Positions 52,204 to 64,000 of a DNA stretch of 64,000 nucleotides are shown piece after piece (the first letter of the stretch is position 1; each line of letters begins with the position of its first letter). The translations under genes were made by a program, and so were the position numbers. This stretch comes from Chiloscyllium plagiosum. Lineage: Eukaryota. The stretch lies in contig NC_057744.1 of the NCBI RefSeq assembly GCF_004010195.1, positions 13,295,518 through 13,359,517 of the forward strand, given 5' to 3'. A model generated the notes under the pieces. The model searched no databases, was not told where the DNA came from, and worked only from the letters and a program-made list of their open reading frames with translations.

Positions 52204-52507
52204 GGTGGCCCAGTGGTTAGCACAGCTGCCTCACAGCGCCGGAGACCCGGGTTCAATTCCCGCCATAGGTGACTGACTGTGTGGAGTTTGCACGTTCTCC
52301 CCGTGTCTGCGTGGGTTTCCTCTGGGTACTCCGGTTTCCTCCCACAGTCCAAAGATGTGCAAGTCAGGTGAATTGGCCATGCTAAATTGCCCGTAGTGTT
52401 AGGTAAGGGGTAAATGTAGGGGTATGGGTGGGTTGCGCTTCGGCGGGGCGGTGTGGACTTGTTGGGCCGAAGGGCCTGTTTCCACACTGTAAGTAATCTA
52501 AATCTAA
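52204..52507 (+). mobile_element. HE1-type V-SINE (young)
   Basis: A/B boxes, V-domain and tail. Confidence 0.93.
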
Positions 52508-55094
52508 ATTATGTTATTTCTTTTCTCGGCCATTTATTAAAGTGAAATGCTTTACAATAAATAGAGTTCATTTCTGTTAATGACAAAGCCTGATGTGAAT
52601 ATCTTTTGTACTGAATAGGTCTGTCAGACAAGTTGGTCATTTTGGTGGTCTAATTGGGATTTTACACAGTTTGTGACGAATTATGGAAATGGCACATAAT
52701 TCTCCCTGGTTAACTCATAACACTTCATAAAAGGTCAATAATGGGCAAGTTGGTGTACTGGTAAAATTGTGTCTGCAATTGGTAGTAAAACTGAAAGTTA
52801 CAAACAAATGTTAACTCTATACTCTATTCATTTGAAGCTATCAAATTCGAATCATTTTCCACTCAATTTAATATCCTGAAATATTTAAGAAGTTCCTGTG
52901 AGATACTCATTTATCTTTCTTTTAAAGGTACTTGACTGATTCTATGACTCATATCTATGTCCTTCCAATGGGTAGTGCTAACTTCACAGGCATGATCTGT
53001 TAACCTAAAAATGAAAACTTATATATGGAAATAATCTAAAGCCAAGTCTCAAAAATGTAAAGCGATGGAGCTATGACTATTTCCTTTGGCAGCTTGTTCC
53101 ATTGTGGGATAGTCCTGTCTTGGACGCAAACAGTCACTGTAGCTTGTATGGATGATTAACTTGGTATTTTGTCATTACCAGAGGGGAGCAGGTATTTGTT
53201 TTTATCAATTACCACAAGCCTATTCCATAATTTATAGAACATGGCTTAAAAGAAATGAGTAACCTTCCACTAGAATAGCAGACAAATATTTGAAGGGCTC
53301 AACTTCAAGGCATCAAATGCATAATTTGGCAAAGAAGAAAAACTGATCATTTCATTCAAACACATGCTCGATGATGGTTTATGTCTAGGTTACAAAATCA
53401 AATAGTTTTGATTTTGAAATTAACTGAAACTTCCATTTGAAAAGGATTACTTTGGATAATTTTGATGTGATCATCCTTGAGCGGGTCTACTAACTCGCTC
53501 ATTCATAATACGTTCACGGAATTACATTGCCTTTGAAAGCTTTAAGTGAATGCAATATGTGAATATTTGGCAGCAAGGAATGAAAATTTGTCCCTCATAT
53601 CCCTCTGAGTTGAAATTGTTTTTCATGAGAACTGATGCTCCTGCTCTATTTTGACCTTAGGTATCTCAAAAAAAAAACATTGGCAAGGCAGTGCTGAAAA
53701 TGAAGAGGTTAAAATGGAATTCACACTGTGTGCTTTCATGGTTTAATGATCTCATGCTGTAGCGAAATATGTATGAGGCATAGTTAATAAAATGTGCGCA
53801 GATCTCAGCAAATACTACCAATTAGAGAAATTATTAAAGCAAACGGATTGAGAGATTTATTCAATAAAATCCAAACATTAGGTGGGTCATGCTTAAGAAG
53901 TGCAGGGTTGGGAATGTTGTGGAATCACCACATGCACCTTCTGAAGCTGGCAAACAGTGAAATGTAAAGTCTCATCTGAAGGCAGTGGGTTCAGGGCAAG
54001 ACTAGGACAAAGTCATGAATATGTCTGAGGCAGTCAAGCAGTGAAGCAAAACTGAGCAAATCTGAGCATAGAAATAGAATTGAAAAGCCACAAACGAAAG
54101 CTAAATTGACAATATTTATAAGATGAATTGAAAATCAGCGAGACATGTAATGCCAGATAGAGTTTTGTAAACAAAAATTTGAATGCAAGCCATAGCATAG
54201 CTATAGCAGTGTGACATAATGAATAATTCATAATTCGAGTCAGCTTGCATTAGCTATATCAAAAAAAAGACTACCTGAGAACCATTGGTGTTAATTCAAT
54301 AGCTTTCTCTCCCCATGGCCCACATCACAACTCTCCATGTCCCAAAAAAGATTTAAGCAAATCTGGACATGTTGTCATTATTCGTGCCAAAGTTAGGAAG
54401 TTGAATAAGATTAATTCATTCACTTTTGAATCACACACAAAGATTCATCACAAAATTAATAGCATCCACCAGGTTATATCAAGCAATCAAATCTTTGCCA
54501 CGCATTGTTCAAGAAAGTGATCACATGATGTCTGATGGTCTGCTTTGCTTTCCTTGAGCAAGATTATCTTCATCAGACTATTATGAAACTGTCACTATTT
54601 CAGCTCAGAACACATCCATCACATACAAAGAATCGTGCATCTCTGTGTGACTAGTGCTTTACCAGGTTCCATCTCGTTGTTTTTTCATTCATGGTTTCTC
54701 AGAAAACAGTTGCTGCTTGACTTGCTGAGTGTTTTCAGCATTTTCTAGTTTGATTTCAGATTTCCAGCTCATCCAATATTTTATTTTATTTTACTCTATT
54801 AATATTAATATTTGTTTTGATCCACCTTCTCCTGTCTCTCAATATTACTAATTTCTTCTTTTTCTTCAGTTGTCAATGGAAATCTGAAGCCCAATGTTGA
54901 ATATCCCAAACTGTCACAACCACTGTCTGGAATGCACATTGGCGGATGTCATGTTACCTGTTACTCGTAAGGCCAAGATGTTGTCGAGTCCTGCTGCAGA
55001 CAAATGCTGCTAAATCACTACAAGACGTACAGTCATGGGAGATTTATCAATAAATACTCTCCTTGACGTTCATTCACAAAGCACGTTAAGATTG

Positions 55095-55447
55095 ATAGGC
55101 TGCAGTTACTGGATAAAATAGACATTGAGTGGATGCTTCCTCTTGTGGGACATTCTGGGACAAGAGGTCACAGTCTTAGGATAAGGGGGAGCAAATTTAA
55201 AACAAAATTGAGGAGAAACTACTTCTCCCAAAGGGTTGTGAACCTGTGGAATTCCCAACCCCAAAGTGGGGTGGATGCTGAAACATTGAGTAAATTTAAG
55301 GAGGAGTCAGACAGGTTTTTAATTGTTAATGGTTGAAGGGTTATTGGGAGAAGGCAGGAAAATGGGGGTGAGGAGCATATCAGCCATGATCAAATGGTGG
55401 AGCAGATTCAATGTGCCAAATGGCCTCATACTGCTCCTATATCTTCT
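55095..55447 (+). mobile_element. CR1-type LINE 3' end
   Basis: ORF 55133-55336 GTRGHSLRIRGSKFKTKLRRNYFSQRVVNLWNS. Confidence 0.9.
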
Positions 55448-55787
55448 TAACTACTGCCTTGATGCCTTGATCAGCATTCGGCGTGACATTAAATTATGAT
55501 GAATGGCTCGGGATATTGCAATATTTTCACCTTGACTCTCATTGACCTCTCAATTTAGCAACTTGATTGGTGGAATGTTGCTTTGTTGGTTAAGGTATCC
55601 ACATTTGCCTTCATCAAGGTTATGCTCAGGTGTGGAACTGATTGGTTTTGCATAAATTGAGCTGCCCATCAGTGAATAGGTATAGAAATTTTAATTTCAA
55701 GGAGCTGATTAGCAGAAGGCTAATAGGGTAGTAATAAGTTGGATAATGCTAGTGCTGCTTTTTATGTACAGTATAGACTTGGGCAAT

Positions 55788-55899
55788 GGGCTCATGTGGT
55801 GCAGTGGTAGTGTCTCTAATTCTGAGTCAGGAGGCCTAGGATCAAGTCCTACTCCAGAGGTGTGCCTTAATATCTCTGAACACATTCATTAGAAATATC
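55788..55899 (+). mobile_element. Short (~112 bp) tRNA-derived SINE family C with 14-bp TSD
   Basis: TSD tagacttgggcaat at 55774-55787 and 55900-55913; A-box tggtgcagtggta; related copies at 56740-56842 (-) and 25625-25720 (-). Confidence 0.85.
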
Positions 55900-56094
55900 T
55901 AGACTTGGGCAATAGACCATATTGGCCTGATGTTAGCACTGTAGCTCCACTGGAATTGTCTGCCTGGGAAATTGGCTACTTTTGATTGACGGTAGAACAG
56001 TCAAGAATATCAACAGTGTGCGTTAAGTTTGCTGAGTCCCATATATTCAATCAGCTGCTCAATGTCCCATAGAGTGAAACAAATTAGATCATCA

Positions 56095-58116
56095 CTGATA
56101 TTATGATAGTGCATTAAATCATGTCCTCATACAGCACATGGGAAAGGCAAGGACTGATTTGGGATAGTCAGCATGGCTTTGTGCATGGGAAATCATGTCT
56201 GACAAATTTGATTTGAGTTTTTTGAGAAGGTGAACAAGAGGACAGATGAAGGCAGAGGAGACTTTAGCAAGGTCTTTGACAAGGTCCCACATGGTAGATT
56301 GGTTAACAAGGTTAGATCACAAGGGATCCACGGGGAGCTGGACAACTGGATACAAAATTTGCTTGACAGTAGGAGACAGAGGATTCTTGTTCAGACTGGA
56401 GGCCTGTGACCAATGGTGTGCTGCAAGGATCGATGCTGGGTCCACTTGTTCATCATTTATATAAACAATTTGAATGGTCATAGGAGACTGGGTTAGTTAC
56501 TTTGTGATGACACCAAAATTGGTGGTGTAATGGAGAATGAAGAAAGTTATCTAAGATTGCAATGGAATCTTGATCAACTCAGTCAATGGGCTGAGGAATG
56601 ACAGATAGACTTTAATTCACATATGATAACTACTCTGCCCAGGACTGCAAGAAATTACAGAGAGTTGTGAGCGCAATCCAGTCCATCAAGGAACCCAGCC
56701 TTCCTTCCATTGACTCAGTCAATACTTCCTGCTGTCCAGATATTTTTAATGAACATGTTCAGAGATGTTAAGACACAGCTCTGGAGTAGGACTTTAACCT
56801 GGGCTCAGGGTTAGAGACTCTACCATTGCACCACATGATCCCATTGCCCAATTCTATACTTTACATAAAAAGCAGCACTAGTCTTATTCAACATATTACT
56901 TGGGAAAGCTGCCTTGGGAAATGTGCTAATAATCAAAGACCAACCCTACCACAGTTATACTCTCTTCCACTGGGCAGAAGGTACAAAAGTTCGGAAACTA
57001 ATTCTTCCCCACGGTTATCAGAATTATGAACAGACCTCTCATATATCAGAGTTGATCTTCCTCTGCACCTTCTCTGTGGCTCTAACACTGTATTCTGCAT
57101 CCTGTTCTATTACCTATATGTATTCATGTAAGGTATGATTTGTCTGGTTAACACACAAAACATAGTTTTCACTGTATTGTGTTACATGTGATAATAATAA
57201 ATCAAATTAAATCAAATCAAATAAGTGTGAGGTATTTAACTTTAGTAAGACAAACCAGAGTAGGACTAACGGTTAATGGCAGGGTCCTATATTTTCACCT
57301 TGACTCTCATTGACTTCTCAATTTAACACCTTGATTGGTGGAATGTTGGTTTGTTGGTTAAGGGACTGTTGTGGAACAGAGTTGCCTAAGGGGTGCAGGT
57401 ACACAGTTCCTCGAAAGTGGTGTCACAGGTAGACAGGGTGGTGAAGAAGGCATTTGGCACGCTTGCCTTCATCGACCAGAGCATTGAGTACAGGAGTTGG
57501 GACTTCATATTACAGCTGTACAAGAATTGGTAAAGCCACATTTGGAGAACTGTGTAAAATTCTGGTCGCTCTGCTACAGGAAAAATGTTATTAAACTGGA
57601 AAGGCTGCAAAAAAGATTTACAAGAATGTTGCTGAGACTGGAGGGATTGAGTTATAAGAGGAGGCTAGATAGACTGGGTCTTTTTTCCCTGGAGAATAGG
57701 AAGCTGAAGGGTGACTTCTAGAGGTTTATAAAATCATGAGGGGCATTGATAAGATAAATAGCCAACATCTTTTCCCCAGAGGAGTGCAAAACTAAAGGGC
57801 ATAGGTTTAAGGCAAGAGATGAAAGATTTAAACGGGACCTAAGAGGTAACCTTTTCACAAGGAGGGTGGTGCATGTGTGGAATAAGCTGGCCAAAGAAGT
57901 GGTTGAGGTGGGTACAATTACATTTAAAAGACATTTGGGCAGGTGCATGGATTGGAAAGGTTTCTAGGGATATGGGCCAAATGCAGGCACATTATTTAGT
58001 TTAGGAAATCTGGTTAGAGAGAGACAATAAAATCTGCAGATGTAGGAAATCTGGTCGGCATGGACAAGTTGGGCTGAATCACTTGTTTCCACGCTGTAAG
58101 ACTCCATGACTCTATC
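56095..58116 (+). mobile_element. CR1-type LINE RT to 3' end with nested Rex1-like fragment (56622-57220), SINE-C and small insertions
   Basis: SQHGFVHGKSCLTNL, DFSKVFDKVPH, DDTKIGG and LENCVKFWS; Rex1-like tail (aaatc)n. Confidence 0.88.
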
Positions 58117-58879
58117 ATCAGACATAGCATTGTTAATGCAACAAAATTCACTTATACAGACAAATGATGAAGAAGAAAGAAATAAAATGCATGTCATGCT
58201 CTAGCATGTGTTTTCTCTTTTTGCAAATATCTTTCACACTTTGCAATGTGTGGCACTTCAAGAAGTATTCTATTAAAGAGAAAGCAAGTCAATGACTTAG
58301 AACTGACAGAGAAACTCCCCTTGTAACAGAAAATATCTCAGTGACATGGAAGGCTACATGTGACTCCTAGCAGACTTCAGCAGCAGAGAAAAATAAACTC
58401 TGCACAAACCAGTATGACATTTCCTTCTTTATAAAATATCAGTTTCTGTTTCTCAAAGGTGTAGGGATCCTCCAATGTATAATACATAAACAAACAGATA
58501 CATTTTCATCTTTCATGTAGCACTTATATGCTAGACACTCAACATCTCAGTTTAGATTTAACCTCGACTCTAATCAAGATTTGATCTGAGGAAGATGGGG
58601 ATGTGGACAGGTGCTGTGATTGGGAGGGACCAAGCCATCAGTATTCCTTGTGGAGCACAGGGAGCACTCATGATCTGTTGGTGCCATTGATTAAACCAGA
58701 CAATATTTAACCATTTAAACCTCTTCTGGCTCATCTTCTTCGTTGTTTGTGTTCCCAGGCTGCAAACCCCCTGTGGTTACTTGCTTGCTTGATGATTATG
58801 TATTGCACGTGAGTCCAATAATATCATTCAACAGATATAGCTACAAGTGCCTCTGATTGCACCCAGATTGATTCCACCC

Positions 58880-59110
58880 TCAGCTGACTGTTTACACATT
58901 CTCCTCATGGTTCTGTGGGTTTCCTCTAGATGCTCCAGTTTCCTCCCACAGTCCAAAGATGTGCAGTTTAGATGTATTGGCCGTGGGAATTGCACGGTTA
59001 AAGCGATAGGGTATTGGGTTGGACTTTGGTGGGATGCTCTTCAGAGCGTAAGTGTGGACTCAATGGCTTGCTTCCATACTGTAGGGGTTCTATGATTCCG
59101 TGATTCTATA
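58880..59110 (+). mobile_element. Decayed HE1-type V-SINE
   Basis: V-domain tttcctcccacagtccaaagatgtgcag. Confidence 0.75.
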
Positions 59111-60601
59111 AGACTGTAATAGTGAAAGGAGAAACTCAACATATTTGGTGAGGAGGGGGTTGATAACAGTGCACTGAAGGATATGGGTTACTGCAGGAAG
59201 GGAGATCATTGGTCACAATGATCCTGGCCTCAATTGCTGCATTGGGAGGGATTAGAGAGTGCAGAAAATGTTTAACATGAATAAGTAGTAGCTACATTGG
59301 ACAATGGGTAGGGAGAACCACTCCCCTTAGACAGGGCCTTAAGGTGAAATGAAGGTAAGACAGCATAATCTCTACAGCTTGGTTCTTCAATAATAATAGA
59401 TTTATGATTATGCTTTTGTATTAGCAGTGATGCTAGCCGTGTCACCTATGTGTTCTGAGAAGGATTTGGTTTTGGCTCTCTTGCTATTATACACTCTGAC
59501 TGACAATACTTGACTGGGTGCCTGGTTGAGCTATCAATATGGTGCTGGCACCAGGAAATCTAGAAAGTCCCAGTAATGGTTTGCATAATTAAGCTGTAGG
59601 CCTGGGGCTCAGGGGGTAATGTGGGGAGATGAAGACTAGAAGAGCTGGCTGAGGATGTGTGCAAACTCAGACCTGATGACAAGGCATTCAAAGAAGAAAG
59701 GAACATTATGATGTGGAAAAGATGAGCTGAATTAGTGACTCACTCTGCAAAGAACAATCTATGCTGCCTCCTGTCCTTGTCCAAAGTACAAACGCACAAT
59801 GAAAATGAAAAATGGATGCCACCAAACCTGGAGTGGGCAGTGCAAGTATCCTCTTCTGTCTGAGAAAAAGGGCTAAACCTGTGAGTAACGTGAGGCCCTT
59901 TGAGGTGCAATTGAATAGATGAAATACCTGCATCATACAGGTTTAAACATTTGTAATGACAGAACCACGTCAAGATTAGAAAAAGCCTAAAACGTTGATT
60001 TTTCTACTCCTCGCATGCTGCCTGACCTGTTGTGCTTCTCCAGCACCACTCTAATCTTGACTCTAATCTCCAGCTTCTGCAGTACCCACTCCTGCCTATG
60101 TGAACCACAGTGACCAATGATGTTGAATACAAATCCTGGCTATAAGCAACCTTGACCATGTTATTGGTCTTTACAAATTAATCATAGTCATCTCAGTGAA
60201 GCAAAAGTATTTACAGGCCATGATCAACAAAGATGATCAGAGATCTCATAGACTACTGATGGGTACACAATTGATTTCCTCGCACTTTGAACTGCAAACA
60301 TTTGACAGCATATGTTCTATGATGCAATGCTGCTTTCCCTGGAGGATGTGGAGATGCCAGGCTTCAGTCATCCTACAGGATTTACAATCTTCTGTGATAT
60401 TTGAGTGACTTGGCCAGTGCTGCATAAATCAAAATAAAGTCAATGATGTCAAAATATCCAAGTATAGACATTCCATGGCCTTCCTCCATGTTCTATTGTA
60501 TCTAGGTCAATAGCAAACTCTGATTTGAGTGTGTGACTCAAAAGCTGGCAGCTCATATCCTTAAGGAGATAATTTGTTTCTGATGCTATGACTATGACTC
60601 T

Positions 60602-60856
60602 ATATAAAAGAGACTAAGGGACAACCTTTTCACACGGAGGGTGGTACGTTTGTGGAATGAGCTGCCAGAGGAAGTGGTGGAGGCTAGTTCAATTGCAACT
60701 TTTAAAAGGCATCTGGATGGGTACATGAATGGGAAGGGTTTGTAGGGATATGGGCCAAGTGCTGGCAAATGGGACTAGATTGGGTTGAGATATCTGTTCA
60801 GCATGGACAAGTTGGACCGAAGGGTCTGTTTCCATGCTGTACATCTCTATGACTGA
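60602..60856 (+). mobile_element. CR1-type LINE 3' end
   Basis: Similar to 39950-40180. Confidence 0.88.
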
Positions 60857-60949
60857 CTCCCTGCCTTGATTCTTTCAAACCATTACCAATGGTTTCAGTA
60901 GGTTTTGTCATCTCTGTGGCAACTGCACAGCTCAAGTACAGAGAAACTG

Positions 60950-62190
60950 AGAATGAAAAAATGTTTCAGCAAATCCAGGATGAGTGGATTAAGTTCCACA
61001 TGAGAACTTTGCAGCAGAATGTCCCTTCAGGATGAGAAGGTAGTGCAGGAGGGTCAGAATCTATCATCTGCAATGCAATTTCCTCCAGACGAGCAAAGTG
61101 CAGTTTCATAACCAGAATGAGGATGGTTCAGAACACCAGTACATACCTATGTCACTTCCTGAAGTGGAATCCAAAACTTGGAACTGTGGGGTGTTCATTC
61201 TATCCCAGCTGCCAATAAGCTGACAGCTGTGCTACATTATTATGCAAATTGATGCTTCTAAATATCCACTGAAGTCCTGTATGGGATCTTCCAATCCACA
61301 ACACATAAACGTATCAATGCTGTTGTCGATGCAATTTTTGCCAGATCACACTATGTCAGTGCTCCAGCCAGGGCAATAGGCTTTGATAACACTGTTGCCT
61401 TTCCCAAGTGCAAGTGCTATAGACTGCACAGATGTCATGTTAAGAGCCAGTACTGGAGTTCTTCAATTGAAAAGCGTTCCCTTCAGTCAATGTACAAGTC
61501 TGAATTCTGGAGAACAGTCATATCAGACTCAAAACATTAACTCTGTTCCTCTCTCGACAGATGTTGCCTGACCTACTGAGATACTTCAGCATTTTCCAAG
61601 CTTGTTTCAGATTTCCAGAACCTGCAGTGCTTTGCTTTTAAATGAACCTTCAGGTCTTATGTAATCATTGGCATCACATCATAGAGATCTGCACAAAATA
61701 CATTGGAAGCTGCCATGATGCATAAATCCTTGATAACTGTCATGTTCCTGCAGCATTTCAATGACCTGATATTTTATAAGGATGAAGCCTGAGAGCAAAA
61801 AGCTGGCTACCCTCTGTAACCATGGCTAATGGTTCCATTATGCACCCCCCCCCACCTCCTTTTCGATCAAACATAGACATAATGCAGGCTATTCTTCCGC
61901 TAGGGCTACCTGATGATGAAGTTGCAAAGTTTGAATTGGTTGAATAGTGGGGGAAGAGGGAGCTTGAATGTGTGCTCCAGTCCAAGAGTGTTGTGCAATC
62001 CTTCCTAACTCTGTTCTGCTCAACTGGAACCAGCAGAGTGTGGGCATGTGGTTGACATTGAAGAGCTAGAAGATTGATAGCAGTCTTCTGAGGAGGAAAT
62101 GAGGACATTGAGCGGAAGTTCAGTGTGAAAGAGCACTGCAGCATCAGGCACAATGGTCAGACAGGACTTAATTGACATTTACTTCCAACA
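60950..62190 (+). pseudogene. Decayed PIF/Harbinger (HARBI1-like) transposase, interrupted by a PLE fragment
   Basis: KLTAVLHYYA, AIDCTDV (~61416), NLQVLCNH, GSCHDA (~61705) and GYPL*PWLMVP (~61805); stops present. Confidence 0.85.
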
Positions 62191-62727
62191 GTCCTGCATT
62201 GTATGGAGTGATCATTCACTTAATGAAAATTAGTTGTTGCATGAAGCCAAGCAGTCCCAGAAGCAAATGCATTTTTTTTTGTTTGTTCTTTCTTCACCAT
62301 GCTGTCTTTTAATTAAGGTTAATGTTCCCAACTGTGGGAAGGCTTTCCAACATGTGATGCTGCCACATTGAAAAATGACAACACATTGCTCAACTCTGGG
62401 CATGAGGAAAATAATGGCACTCCTTCAGACATGGCTATAACATGGTATTGCAATGTGGATGAGTAGCCCATGTCCCTTCATTCTTGTAACTGCAATTATA
62501 ATACCAGTTGATTAGACATGTGTTGATGTAAATGGTAATCTTTTTACAGATGAGAGATTCAATTTCTCATGAAGTATCATTAGTGTGACCTCAAAAACTC
62601 TTCGTTTTTGGTTACAACGGTGCATTGCAAAGGACTGTTGGTGGCTGGCAACGTTTGACCTGGTACACAGCTAGGATTTAAATATGGTGCCATTGGCAGA
62701 AATCCAGAATTTCCCAGTAATTGCTAG

Positions 62728-64000
62728 TGTAATGATACTTTGTCTATAAGAGGTTATTTGGTCCTGGATTTTTTGAAGCAAGGTTTTAAGTCAACGATGA
62801 TAAACAGTCCATCAGAGCCACTAGAGTAAACAACTTGTGAGGTCTTGGGACTTTTTAAAAAATTGGAACAATAGAAGCAGCCTGAATGAGTGGGGTCAAG
62901 ATAGTACAGGAGCTAAACTTTTACTTTCAGCTTTTAAAACAGTTGCTTTTGGGGTCTTTAATAAGTAGAAGTTATTTTGTACCTTCTCTCGGTTACAGCC
63001 AGAAACTGGGGTTTCTCTTCCTGCTGCTGGACTTACATTTAAAACAAACCATTTTCGGAATTTGGAAAAAAGTGAGGACTACAGATGCTGGAGATTAGAG
63101 TCAAGAATGTGGTGCTGGAAAAGCACAGCAGGTCAGGCAGCATTCAAAGAGCAGGAAAATCTATGTTTCAGCATAGCCCTTCATCAGGAATGAGGCTTGT
63201 GAACCAAGGAGGTGGAGAGATAAATAGGAGGGGGTGGGACGGTAGATAGGTAGACAGAGGTGGCAGTAATGATGATAGATCAGAGAGGAGGGTGGAGCAG
63301 ATAGATGGGAAGGAAGATGGACATGGAGGACAGGTCATGAAGGTGGTGCTGAGTTGGAAGGTTAGAACTGGCATAAGGTGGAAGGAGGGGAAATGACGAA
63401 ACTGGTGAAATCCACATTGATCCCGTGTGGTTGGAAACCCAAGGTGGAAGAGGAGACGTTCTTCCTCCAGGCATCAGGTGGTTTGGGTTTGACGATGGAG
63501 GACATCCAGAACCTGCATGTCCATGGTGGAGGGGGAGTTAATGTGTTCAGCCACAGGGTGATGGGGTTGGGGTTGGTGCAGGTGTCCTGGAGATGTTCTC
63601 TGAAGTGTTCGATGGGGTTGGGGTTGGTGCAGGTGTCCTGGAGATGTTCTCTGAAGTGTTCTGCAAGTAGGCATCCTGTCTCCTCCAATGTCGAGGAGAC
63701 CGCATCGGATACAGTAAATGACATGGGTGGAAATGCAGGTAAAATTCTAATGGATGTGGAAGGCTCCACTGGGGCCTTTGACAGAGGTGAGAGGGGAGGT
63801 GTGGGCACAGGTTTTGCAATTCCTGTGGTGGCAAGGGAAAGTGTCAGGAGGGAAGTGTGGGTTGGTGTGGCCGCGTGGACCTGACAAGAGAGTTGCGGAG
63901 GGAATGGTATTTAATGGAACACAGATAGGGTAGGGAGGGAAATTTTCTGAATTTGCCTTTTGACAAGGGTGTGTTTATGGGATGTTCCTATATCAGTACA
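62728..64000. mobile_element. Probable LTR, truncated by the window edge and split by a PLE
   Basis: TGTAA start; LTR-like sequence resumes after the PLE TSD. Confidence 0.4.
63065..63941 (-). mobile_element. PLE 3' part (GIY-YIG + terminal repeat) with 14-bp TSD and internal 51-bp tandem duplication
   Basis: TSD attttc(g/t)gaatttg at 63051-63064 and 63942-63955; ETGCLLAEHFREHL; duplication at 63560-63610 / 63611-63661; decayed hammerhead ~63159-63191. Confidence 0.9.

Noticed and set aside
61906-61925. ctgatga motif as another hammerhead
   Set aside because: No stem II or GAAA follows
46270-62190. Functional JRKL/TIGD or HARBI1 genes
   Set aside because: Multiple in-frame stops, frameshifts and nested insertions

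Overview
Vertebrate-type, AT-rich, non-coding (intronic or intergenic) DNA. The repeat families, recognised from memory rather than by database search, point to a cartilaginous fish (shark). No intact host gene can be supported. The window is a mosaic of HE1/V-SINEs, three other tRNA-derived SINE families, CR1-type and L2-type LINE fragments and Rex1-like tails. It also holds three decayed Gypsy internal regions, solo LTRs, a decayed Tigger/JRKL-type transposase, a decayed PIF/Harbinger transposase, many Penelope-like element (PLE) pieces and a 441-nt assembly gap. The most interesting signal is in the PLE terminal repeats. Four distinct PLE families each carry a minimal type-I hammerhead-ribozyme motif (CUGANGA + one extra nt + stem II + GAAA + palindromic loop-less stem III). 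Two identical intact copies sit in inverted orientation at the ends of a 4.4-kb block flanked by a target-site duplication (TSD), and short TSD-flanked palindromic PLE derivatives fold back at the ribozyme. Also present: a 171-bp-arm hairpin, two local templated insertions into CR1s, a 48-bp TSD, an inverted 92-bp duplication and a 19-bp minisatellite. Boundaries were read by eye and are approximate unless a TSD is given.
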